A DNA stretch of 21,579 nucleotides, from positions 1-21,579 of the forward strand of contig JBBRSB010000045.1 in assembly GCA_038245785.1 (NCBI GenBank). The letters run 5' to 3'. Positions 1 to 8,639 of this stretch are shown in pieces. Source of the stretch: Gloeobacterales cyanobacterium (lineage in GTDB: Bacteria > Cyanobacteriota > Cyanobacteriia > Gloeobacterales > PMM-0068). Made by a program: the position numbers and the translations under genes. The notes under the pieces were generated by a model. It made no database searches. It worked only from the letters and a program-made list of their open reading frames with translations, and was not told the origin of the DNA. Position 1 is the first letter of the stretch, and the number at the start of each line of letters is the position of its first letter.

Positions 1-1275
1 AACTATGTTGCCTACATTGGCATTGATTGGGCAGACCGTAAACACGACATTGCCCTCTATGATTGTGCGTCGGACACCTGGCAAGAGAGCATCATCCAAA
101 CCCGTCCCCAGGACCTCTTAGATTGGGTGAATCAACTTCGAGCACGGTATGGAAACGGGCTAATTGCAGTCGCCATGGAACAGAAAAGAGGACCATTACT
201 CTATGCTCTGTGCCAGTACGATAACCTGGTCCTCTTTCCCATCAATCCCCGCACGGTGGCCAACTATCGCAAAGCCTTCCAGCCCTCCCGCGCCAAGTCT
301 GACCCCGTAGATGCCTGTCTCTTAGTTGAACTGATGCGCAAACATCCAGAGAAATTGGAACGCTGGGTTGCAGGCTGTCCCAAAACCCGTGCCCTCAGAC
401 AATGGGTTGAGGCACGGCGGCGGCTGGTGGGCGAGAAGGTCAGACTCACCAATCGCATCACCGCATCGCTCAAGTCTTACTTTCCTCAAGTCCTCGATTG
501 GTTTGAGGATAAGGACACGCTCGTCTTTTGTGCGTTCATCGAGCAATTCCCAGAGGTCAAAACGGTTCAAACAGCCCCATCTGAGCAGCTAACCCAGTTC
601 TTTCTTTCCCACCAAGTCGTCCGCAAGAGTGCGATTACCCGCCGCATCCGACAAATCCAACAGGCCGGGCCACCCCTGACGCAAGACCCGTCTATTGTCG
701 AGCCTGCTCAAGCGCTGACCCTTGCCTTGATTGCTTTGCTCAGGATAGTTCTCAAACAACTCACTGCTTTCAATCAGCAGATTGCAGACTTGTTTGAGAC
801 GCTCCCTGATGCTGAACTCTTCTCCGACTTGCCGGGAGCAGGTCCTCATCTTGCCCCCCGATTACTCGTGGCGTTTGGAGCAGACCGAGACCGCTTCACT
901 TCAGCCCAGGCATTTATGAGCTATATCGGCATCGCGCCCGTGAAGGAGGAAAGCGGCAAGAAACGCTGGGTTCATTGGCGATGGTCTTGCCCAATTTTTC
1001 TCAGGCAGACTTTTGTTGAGTGGGTCAACCAAGCAAGACGCTTTTCACCCTGGTCCCAGGCATTCTATCAACAGCAAAAACGGGCGGGCAAAACGCACCA
1101 GAAGGCAATTCGTTCACTGGCGTACAAGTGGGGCAGAATTCTCTGGCGTTGCTGGCAAAGTAATACAGCTTATGATGAGGAGAGGTACGTAACCGCGCTG
1201 GCACGGAAGAAGTCACCGCTCATCCAGCTCTTAGACGTTGATATAACGGATTGTCAAACACTTAAACAAGCATAG
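1..1275 (+). CDS. IS110-family transposase/recombinase (5' end outside the window)
   Basis: Frame 1 is open from base 1 (NYVAYIGIDWADRKHD...). RuvC-like DEDD residues are present (GID, AME, KSDPVD), as is the C-terminal GIAPVKEESG motif with the conserved Ser. Stop TAG at 1273-1275. Confidence 0.93.
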   Translation, partial: NYVAYIGIDWADRKHDIALYDCASDTWQESIIQTRPQDLLDWVNQLRARYGNGLIAVAMEQKRGPLLYALCQYDNLVLFPINPRTVANYRKAFQPSRAKSDPVDACLLVELMRKHPEKLERWVAGCPKTRALRQWVEARRRLVGEKVRLTNRITASLKSYFPQVLDWFEDKDTLVFCAFIEQFPEVKTVQTAPSEQLTQFFLSHQVVRKSAITRRIRQIQQAGPPLTQDPSIVEPAQALTLALIALLRIVLKQLTAFNQQIADLFETLPDAELFSDLPGAGPHLAPRLLVAFGADRDRFTSAQAFMSYIGIAPVKEESGKKRWVHWRWSCPIFLRQTFVEWVNQARRFSPWSQAFYQQQKRAGKTHQKAIRSLAYKWGRILWRCWQSNTAYDEERYVTALARKKSPLIQLLDVDITDCQTLKQA

Positions 1276-1445
1276 AAAACAACAGAATAGATAACCTGAA
1301 TAATCTGTTGTTGAGACCGAATTGAGACTTCATCGTTTAACAATAGACAGATTTCTTGCGCCCTAATAATCCCTGTAATGCAATTAGGAAGATAGGAAGA
1401 GAAGTTCAGCGTTTGCTCTTGACTCCCGTCCACCTCAGGGACTAT
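1..1445 (+). mobile_element. IS110-family insertion sequence; right end at ~1443-1445, inserted in hsdM
   Basis: The transposase is followed by a ~170-nt non-coding end that abuts hsdM coding sequence. hsdM (minus) reads ...TTYNLARMN and then breaks off. TTGACT at 1419-1424 lies near the end. Confidence 0.8.
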
Positions 1446-2250
1446 GTTCATGCGGGCGAGGTTGTAGGTGGTGATGTTCTTTTCTTGGCCGTAGATTTTG
1501 CCGATGCCTTGCTGGCCGAGTTGTTTGCGGACGTTGAGCACAGGGAGCCAGAGCCACAGGCGAAATCGAGCACGCGGCTGAGTTTTTTCTTTTTGCCAGT
1601 GGCGGGTTCTTGGCTATCGAGGGTGACGATCGCTGACAGGATGTCAGAAATTTGTTGGGGGGTATAAAATTAGCCTGCTTTTTTGCCAGAGCCTGCGGCG
1701 AATTGCCCGATCAGGTATTCGTAGGCATCGCCCAAAATATCGGAGTCGCTGCTGAACTGGGCGTGCCTTCGGCGATTTTTTGGATGATGGTGCAGAGTTT
1801 GGCGTTGCGATCGCTGGGTTTTCTGCCGAGTTTTTCGAAGTGGAGGTTAATTTCGGAGAATAGGCCCTGAAAGGCGCTCTCGAAGGATTTTTCTTCGATG
1901 TAGTTTAAGCCTTGCGCTAGGGTTGCCAGCAAATCGGGGTGTTGGGTGTGTCCCATTTCGGCGATGCTGTTCCACAGGTAGGGCGGCTCGATCACGTAGT
2001 GGACTTTAAGACGCATCTGTTTTTCAAAGTCGGCAATATCATTAGGGTTCTCGGTGTACCAGATGGCTAGGGGGGTGCGGCGATGACCTCCGGTCGGTCG
2101 GAGACCATCGCCCTCTGCTGGTGTGGGGCAGTCGGAACTCAGTTCTTTTTGGGCGGCTGCTTCGTAGTCGTCGGCGTTCATGGCACCGCGTAGCTGGTCG
2201 GCGATGTCCCAAAGGGTTTTGCCGAGTTGGTTGAGTTGTGATTGGGGCAT
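1444..2250 (-). pseudogene. hsdM: Type I RM methyltransferase subunit M, N-terminal half, degraded and IS-truncated
   Basis: Motifs LGKTLWDIADQLRGAMNADD, DILGDAYEYLIGQFAAGSGKKAG*FYTP, LDFACGSGSL and IYGQEKNITTYNLARMN. Lesions: 1-nt frameshifts at ~1763 and ~1540, TAA at 1670-1672 in place of the E of GEFYTP, and an apparent in-frame deletion after ADD (~2167). Confidence 0.93.
2080..2111. repeat. 24-nt hairpin insertion inside a HIP1 octamer (small dispersed repeat-like)
   Basis: GCG-ATGACCTCCGGTCGGTCGGAGACC-ATCGC. Removing 24 nt restores GCGATCGC and the HsdM reading GDRRTPL. Confidence 0.7.
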
Positions 2251-2257
2251 GTCAGGG

Positions 2258-2638
2258 TTATTGGGTGGTGTCGCGCTGGATATATTTATTCAACTTGCTG
2301 TCAAACGTGAAAATTTCGTGCTGTTCTACAGTGTGATATGCCCAGAGCAGCGTATCGACAAAATCAAGTGCACTGGTGCTGTAGCATTCCAAGGCACTCA
2401 GAAAAATGTCTGGCTTTTCCATTTCCACTAATTTTTCATTGAGCAATTGGCTTAGTTGTTGTTGAATATCCTTGCGCTCAACGGCATAGACCTTTTGCAG
2501 GACATAGACTACTTCACACGACACTTCTATGGGTAGGGTTACGGTCTGTTGTTCAAGAATTTCTGCGGCTTTTGACGATAATTCTGCATGATCATCCAGG
2601 AGGTAGTGCAAAATAATGTTGGCATCAACGATTTGCAT
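2258..2638 (-). CDS. PIN-domain (VapC-like) toxin
   Basis: N-terminal IVDANIIL, E in SCEVVYVL, DFVDTLL and terminal TFD motif. ATG at 2638 overlaps the antitoxin 3' end. Confidence 0.88.
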   Translation of the reverse strand: MQIVDANIILHYLLDDHAELSSKAAEILEQQTVTLPIEVSCEVVYVLQKVYAVERKDIQQQLSQLLNEKLVEMEKPDIFLSALECYSTSALDFVDTLLWAYHTVEQHEIFTFDSKLNKYIQRDTTQ

Positions 2639-2867
2639 GTTTTTCACTGACCATCATTTGCCATGCGTTTTTTTCTTGTGCGATCAGATCAGGGTTGGCG
2701 TAATGCTTTAAGCTGCCACGTAAACTTTTTTTGGGAGTTATGGGTTTTGTTGCTTGTTGCGGTGACGGGAGGACAATGATTTCTACTTCCTCCCCCCAGA
2801 ACTGTTCAGGCAACTGGAGATGAATTTCGCCGTTGGCTACGGTTTGAATGCTGCGGATGGCTTCCAT
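2625..2867 (-). CDS. Putative antitoxin paired with the PIN toxin
   Basis: 80 aa, directly upstream of and overlapping the PIN gene. GAGG RBS; beta-rich N-terminus GEIHLQLP...EVEIIVL. Confidence 0.75.
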   Translation of the reverse strand: MEAIRSIQTVANGEIHLQLPEQFWGEEVEIIVLPSPQQATKPITPKKSLRGSLKHYANPDLIAQEKNAWQMMVSEKHANR

Positions 2868-2903
2868 GATGTAAGACCTCTTTCATTGATTGCCGTGTTT
2901 ACG

Positions 2904-2923
2904 GAAAGTATATGCGAATCTTG
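2904..2923 (-). promoter_or_regulatory. 20-bp element copy 1 (CAAGATTCGCATATACTTTC, contains a TATACT -10-like hexamer)
   Basis: Identical to 3293-3312. Each copy sits between an hsdS 3' end and an antitoxin start codon. Confidence 0.55.
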
Positions 2924-2937
2924 CTAGTGGGGGTTCT

Positions 2938-2993
2938 TCACGCTGATCCCGCCACCTGATCGATCTCTGGGAAAAGCTGCTGCATCAGTCCTT
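2938..2993 (-). pseudogene. hsdS: 3' remnant of a second hsdS (GLMQQLFPEIDQVAGSA*)
   Basis: 2959-2993 is identical over 35 bp to 3345-3379 at the end of the main hsdS. Confidence 0.8.
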
Positions 2994-3035
2994 GAAGTAA
3001 TAAATGACGATATTGGTGTCGATTAGGTAATACAT
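2990..3035 (-). pseudogene. Truncated PIN/VapC toxin N-terminus (MYYLIDTNIVIYYFK)
   Basis: LIDTN PIN start motif. ATG overlaps the upstream stop (TAATG). The sequence fuses to the hsdS remnant at AAGG. Confidence 0.72.
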
Positions 3036-3255
3036 TACTGCCAGCCTTCGCGGGTGCTTGCCAGATAATCATCAATCACCTGACAGGGTTGGTTCGCCAC
3101 GCCAAAGAAGCGTTTTGGATCGAAGAGGGCGATCGCGGGTGGTGTACAGATACCCCGTCTTCCTGTGCTAGTTGTGCCAGTAAGAGCTGCACGAGTTTAA
3201 ATTTATCGGCGTGGGATAGTGCCGTGACCGAAGGCAACAATTCAGATATTGACAT
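3035..3255 (-). pseudogene. Frameshifted small antitoxin-like gene
   Basis: GGAG RBS and ATG at 3255 give MSISELLPSVTALSHADKFKLVQLLLAQLAQE. A shifted frame continues LFDPKRFFG...IDDYLASTREGWQ* to 3035. The length is 221 nt, one short of in-frame. Confidence 0.65.
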
Positions 3256-3292
3256 AGTTGTATCTCCCAGAGGTTTAGGTGGTGACTATGCT

Positions 3293-3312
3293 GAAAGTAT
3301 ATGCGAATCTTG
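3293..3312 (-). promoter_or_regulatory. 20-bp element copy 2 (contains TATACT)
   Basis: Identical to 2904-2923. Confidence 0.55.
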
Positions 3313-3329
3313 TGGGCGGGAATTCAAGC

Positions 3330-4517
3330 TCATGTGTTCACCTTATCGATCTCTGGGAAAAGCTGCTGCATCAGTCCTTTTTTATGGGTTTTCAGCACGT
3401 TGATTTTTTCGGTTTGGGTGGTGATCAGTGCGTCGAGGGAAGCGAGGCAATCGGCGATTTTTTGTTGTTCTTTTATCAAAGGAATATATGCCTTTGTACT
3501 TGCAACATCGGTTTGTCCTATCGTCGTCATAGTCGCAGTTTTTCCTTTTGCAGCCAACTGAGAGCGAACAAATTCAGTTTTCAAGGCGTAGTGTAAAAAA
3601 ACTGGTATAAGAATATTTTTATTTGACCTCAATCTTATCAAATGACCATCAAATGTAACATCTTCTGAATATCCAAGATAAATATTTGACTGTGCAATCC
3701 CTGCTTTTACTAATGAAGAACGTGTGAAAAGCACATCACCAAATTCAACTTTATTTTTCTTAAATTCGGCTTCACTAATACCTACTAACGAAAGAGTACT
3801 TTCATCTATAGATGTATCTGAATACATGTCGAGCACATTGATTAATTTATAGCCATTTCCAACTTTGTTTGGGTCATTAAGAACACCATTGGACAGCCCA
3901 TCAATTGCTAAATCGATTAGATGATACCCCTCCCAATCCCCCATATCCCGAAACTCAGGGAATCGTAGTTTGGGCTGGGTATCGCCCTCTGCGGGGAAGA
4001 GTTGCTGCATCAGCCCTTTTTTATGGGCTTTTAGCGCGTCGCGTTTTTGGGTTTGGGCGGTGATTAGTGCGTCGATCGCCGCGAGGCAATCCGCAATTTT
4101 TTGTTGTTCAGTAAGTTCAGGAAATAGAAATTCTATTGACTTAACTATGTCTCCTGATAAATTACCTTGTCCGCCCTGCAAATATTTAGTGGTGATTTCT
4201 TCCTTTTCATGAAGAAAGTATTGATACAAAAAAGCGTTGCTAGTTTTAGAACGCAAGCAAAGAATAGCTTGATTAATTGCACCTTGTATTTTCCCTAGAG
4301 CAACCTCTCCGCTATCTGTTTTATCTTTGTCAATTTCAGCCGATCTAATAAACGGTATTTTTCCACCCTAGTAGTTCCTATTTGTAGTGGCAGGTGTGCC
4401 TCCACTAAAGGGTTTCTCACAGACCATTTCGATCCTGCGTTTTTCCCACTCCCCATCATCCCAAAACTCAGGAAACCGTAAAGCTGGCACTAGCCCCTTT
4501 CTCGTCTGCTTACTCAT
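3330..4517 (-). pseudogene. hsdS: Type I RM specificity subunit S with premature stop
   Basis: Starts MSKQTRKGLVPALRFPEF (ATG 4517). In-frame TAG at 4368-4370. Two conserved repeats EQQKIADCL...KKGLMQQLFP flank two AT-rich TRDs. TRD1 looks shortened (DKDKTD-SGEVA). Confidence 0.9.
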
Positions 4518-5514
4518 CGCTTGCCTCCACCGCTGTAGCCAGCTCATGCAGCTTAGCTTGCAGCAGTTTTTTATCAGGTAATTGCAGTTGATATTCCGCG
4601 ATCAGCGTCGGCGAGAGGTTGCGGGATAAGGCATATTCCACTACTTCATCATCTTTATCACGACACAACAGCACACCAATACTGGGGTTTTCATGCGGCT
4701 TTTTCACATCCTGATCCAGTGCCTCCAGATAAAAATTGAGCTGCCCTAGATAATCAGGCTTAAAAGTACCAATTTTTAACTCAAACGCCACCAGCGCCGC
4801 CAAGCCTCGATGAAAAAAGAGTAAATCAATGAAAAAATCCTGATTACCTACCTGAAGGCGATATTCTTCGCTCACAAAGATAAAATCACCGCCTAGCTCC
4901 AGAATAAACTGCTTCATCTGTTGCACCAGTGCTTTTTGTAACTCGCTTTCGTTATGCGTTTCTGATAGTCCTAAAAACTCCATTACATAGCTATCTTTGA
5001 ACTGATTGCCGATAGTCGGATGCAATTCTCTCAGCAGTGCTGAGAGTTTTTGATTACCCAGCATAGTGCGTTCAAACGCAGCAGAATCTATCTGCCGTTC
5101 TAATTCTCTGGAAGAATACCGTTCTTGTATGTTGACATTAAGGTAATATTCACGTTCCTCCGCCGTTTTGCAGCGTGAAAAAATGATCGTATTGTGTGTC
5201 CACGGCAATTCTCTCACCAGTGGTGAGAGTTTTTCATCCCCCTGATACGTCTCGTAAAACTGTTTCATACGCCACAGGTTTTTATCAGAAAAGCCTTTGA
5301 TATCTGGTGCATTTTGCGCGATGTAATGCGCCAACTCGCGCACCACACCTTTACCCCAAGCCTCATTTTGTACTTTTTCGCTGATGGTTTTGCCCACCCG
5401 CCAATAAAGGTCAATGAGTGCCGTATTGACTCGCACAAACGCTTCCTGCCGAGCTTGCTGAATCTGTTGCAGTAGCGTGCTGAAACTTTGAGTATTGTCG
5501 ATTAGCCTACTCAT
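4510..5514 (-). CDS. YhcG/DUF1016 family PD-(D/E)XK nuclease-domain protein, intact
   Basis: Motifs LYWRVG...WGKGVV, GFSDKNLWRMKQFY, LPWTHN, KDSYVMEFLGL, FFIDLLFFHR..LVAFELK, GQLNFYL and ENPSIGVLLC. ATG at 5514 overlaps the hsdR stop. Confidence 0.92.
   Translation of the reverse strand: MSRLIDNTQSFSTLLQQIQQARQEAFVRVNTALIDLYWRVGKTISEKVQNEAWGKGVVRELAHYIAQNAPDIKGFSDKNLWRMKQFYETYQGDEKLSPLVRELPWTHNTIIFSRCKTAEEREYYLNVNIQERYSSRELERQIDSAAFERTMLGNQKLSALLRELHPTIGNQFKDSYVMEFLGLSETHNESELQKALVQQMKQFILELGGDFIFVSEEYRLQVGNQDFFIDLLFFHRGLAALVAFELKIGTFKPDYLGQLNFYLEALDQDVKKPHENPSIGVLLCRDKDDEVVEYALSRNLSPTLIAEYQLQLPDKKLLQAKLHELATAVEASDE
5022..5051. repeat. 30-bp repeat copy A with 19-bp palindromic core CTCTCAGCA-G-TGCTGAGAG
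   Basis: 28/30 identical to 5205-5234. Confidence 0.9.
5205..5234. repeat. 30-bp repeat copy B with 19-bp palindromic core CTCTCACCA-G-TGGTGAGAG
   Basis: 28/30 identical to 5022-5051; the two differences are symmetric about the centre. Confidence 0.9.
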
Positions 5515-8418
5515 AAGCATTCAATCCCGAAATCTCGCGCCCATCCGCCAACTTCTGCAAATAAGGCACCAAATCCGCCATCAGCGCCAACTCAGCTACC
5601 CGCCGCGCCTTCCAACCCAGCCCCAACGGACTCAGCAAATCCGTCAGGTGCTCCCCATCAAAAATCATCCGATCCATAATCCGATCCATAAACCCCTGCA
5701 ACGCCTCACCGTCCAGCCCATGCCTTGCCGCAATATCGCCGAGCCGAGCCGCCGCCCGCTGCGCCCTAAATTCCTGATAACCCGCACGGATTTGTTTCTC
5801 ATCCACCTGCCCCGCCGCAAGACCGTTGATATAAGCAATAAGATCATCGCGCTCCCCCAGCAGATTCGCATTAGCGCTAATCATCTCAATCAGTTGCCCA
5901 CGACTTAGCTTCTGCTTGCCACTCTTCTGAGTAGACTTGGCAATCAGCCCCATAATATAGTCATAGTCAATCACCGCCGAAGCAAACAGCACCAGATCAA
6001 AATCTAGCTGCTCCACCGGGTCATCCGTCTTGCCCTGCTTGCCCTTCAGATCCAGCGCCGTATCCAGATACATCGCCCTAAAACTGCGGAGCTTATCAGT
6101 CGGTAGCTTCTGCTCGATCGCCTGCTTACTTTGCTCATCAAGGTCGGTATACTGCTCCAGTTGCGTCTTCAGCCTTTGCACCTCCTTAAACCGATTGATA
6201 AACTCCGCCCTCGCCCTATCGCCTTTCAGGTTCACCACCTGCGACGGCTCACAATCCAGCCCCTTCGACTGCATAAAACTCGCCAATTGATCCACCGCCT
6301 TTGCGTATTGCGCGACCACCTTAGGAGCCTCGTCCACCAGCCAAATTTCCCGCGCCTTACCCTGATCCGCACCCGAAAAAAGAGCGATCGCGGCATCTAC
6401 ATCGCTCTCCTGATAGCGAAAATCGAGAATATTGCCCCAAGGCTTCGTATCATTCAGCACGCGATTCGTCCGCGAAAACGCCTGAATTAAACCGTGATGC
6501 TTGAGATTTTTATCCCCATACAGCGTGTTGAGATACTTAGAATCAAACCCCGTGAGCAACATATCCACCACGATCGTGATGTCGATCTTGTTTTGGCGCG
6601 GATAGTCAGCATTGCTGTACTTGTGATCTTTGATCCGTTGCTGCACATCCTGATAGTACAGATCGAACTCATTAATACTGTGGTTGCTGCCATACTGCTG
6701 GTTATAGTCATCAATGATCCTCTTGAGCGCGGCTTTTTTGGCTTCCGGCTCTTGCTGGTTGTCGGCTTTTTCCTGTTGCAAGTCTTCCTGTAGCTGCTGC
6801 ACGTCCTTATTGCCTTCTGCCGGAGGCGAGAACACGCAGGCGTGATTGATCGAAGCAGTGGCGAGTATGGCGTTAAAACGGCGCTGATTGGTGGCGCTGT
6901 CGTGCTTATCTAGGATGGCGTTGATCACCTTTTCAGGTGGCGGGAGCTGGCTTTTCTTTGTTTTGGCTGGGGGTTTGTTTTCCTCCTGCTTGCCAAAGTA
7001 ATCAATATGAAAACTCAGCACATTTTTGTCTTCGATCGCGTGGGTAATGGTGTAGGCATGTAGCTCCTGCTCAAAGATGTCTTGGGTAGTCTTAAAGGAG
7101 CCAACATCGCCATCGATCTGCTGATAGCTAGCATTTTCATCAAAGATCGGCGTACCCGTAAAGCCGAATAGCTGCGCTTTTGGGAAAAACTCCTTGATCG
7201 CCCTGTGGTTTTCGCCAAACTGCGATCGGTGGCATTCATCAAAAATCAACACGATGCGCTTGTTGCGTAGCGGTTCTAGCCGTTCTTTGTAAGTAAGTTT
7301 GCCGTTTTTTTGCTGCTGCTTGTTGCGCGTACTATTTTCATTCAGCGCCAGCCCCAACTTCTGGATCGTGGTGACGATCACCTTATCAGCGTAGTCCTCC
7401 GATAACATGCGCCGCACCAGCACTTCGGTATTGGTGTTTTGCTCCACACAGCCTTCCTGAAATTTATTAAATTCCTCACGGGTCTGGCGATCCAGGTCTT
7501 TGCGATCGACTACAAACAGGCATTTTTCAATGTCAGGATTGTCCTTGAGCAGCGTAGAAGCCTTAAACGAGGTCAGGGTTTTACCACTGCCCGTGGTGTG
7601 CCAGATGTAGCCATTCCCTCGGTTCTGGTGAATGGCATTGGCGATCGCCTCGCCTTAACCGCATAGATTTGGTAAGGGCGCATGATCAGGATTCTCTGCT
7701 CACTCTGCACCAGCACCATATAGCGGCTGATCAACTGCCCCAGCGTACATTTAGCCAAAAAATCCTCGGCAAAGTCATGCAAGTGGGTGATTTTGTGGTT
7801 GTCTTGATCCGCGTGCTGGTAGATGGGCAAAAAGCGCTCATCGGCATTGAAGCTGAAATGCTGATTGCGGTTATTGGCGAAGTAGCGGGTATCGCCTTCA
7901 TTGCTGACAATAAATAACTGCATGAAGCAAAGCAGCGAGTTAGTGTAGCCATTGCCGGGGTCGTTTTTGTAATCGACGATCTGCTCCATAGCGCGGCGCG
8001 GGCTGATCTGGAGGGTTTTTAGTTCGATCTGTACCACTGGCAAGCCGTTGATCAGCAAAATCACGTCGTAACGGTGGTGGCTGTTGTCAGTGTTGATGAA
8101 GAGCTGGTTAATGACTTCAAAATCGTTTTTGCACCAGTCGCGGATATTCACCAGCATGTATTCCAGCGGCGTGCCGTCTTCACCGGTGAACTTACCCTTT
8201 TCCCGTAGCGCCTAAGCAGCACTGAAAACGTCCGCAGTGATGATCTCATCGCGCAAGCGGGCGAATTCGGCAGCAGTGAGCTGGACACGGTTCAGCGCCT
8301 CGAACCTGTCGCGAAAATTTTGCTCCAGTGCGGTCTTGTCTCGGATGTCGGGGCGGTGGGTGTATTTGAGATCGACCAGTTTTTCGATCAGGGACTGTTC
8401 GATTTGTTGTTCCGTCAT
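5507..8418 (-). pseudogene. hsdR: Type I RM restriction subunit R, degraded
   Basis: Starts MTEQQIEQSLIEKL (ATG 8418). Nuclease motif RYDVILLINGLPVVQIELK, Walker A HTTGSGKT, DECH and QAFSRTNR are present. Lesions: TAG at 8212-8214, a 5-bp duplication frameshift at 7646-7655, and an apparent in-frame deletion at ~6844 (ATASIN-HACVF). Confidence 0.93.
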
Positions 8419-8553
8419 TAACCACTCTCTGGGATTCTTGGTAATCACCTTGCTGACTATAATGCCAGAACGAACTACCTTGGCCAGCACCATTTTTACA
8501 TTGTTCAGTCGTAAGTATCCGCTGCGGGAATTTACTGCTAGTGCGACTGGTTA

Positions 8554-8639
8554 GCATAACGGCAAAGTTGTGCGGCGGCAGATAAACTCGAACTCTCAAC
8601 GATAACCTCCGTTCCGTCCGTACCAACGCAGGGTTAGCT
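8554..8639 (-). other. Integron attC-like recombination site (solitary in this window)
   Basis: Minus strand: AGCTAAC-5nt-GTTGGTACGGACGG ... CCGCCGCACAAC-6nt-GTTATGC. The arms pair (one mismatch, G:T on the opposite strand) with two extra bases on the left arm. Confidence 0.7.

Noticed and set aside
1254..1541. 95-aa minus ORF
   Set aside because: Chimera of an hsdM fragment reading into the IS110 right end; not a gene.
1356..2431. Plus-strand ORFs 1356-1667, 1652-1870 and 2180-2431
   Set aside because: Antisense shadows of hsdM and the PIN gene.
3355..4110. Internal direct repeat in hsdS
   Set aside because: Normal conserved-region duplication of HsdS. No invertase or inverted copy is present, so there is no support for a shufflon.
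3089..4581. Plus-strand ORFs over hsdS and the broken TA pair
   Set aside because: Antisense shadows; their mutual similarity just reflects the hsdS internal repeats.
5022..5234. yhcG repeats as a CRISPR array or terminators
   Set aside because: Only two copies, 153 nt between them, in-frame within a CDS and no cas genes. The T-run is on the non-coding strand and the perfect arms are separated by only 1 nt.
5495..8626. Many short alternative-frame ORFs over hsdR
   Set aside because: Shadows or frameshift by-products. The 194-aa, 93-aa and 646-aa ORFs are pieces of one pseudogene.
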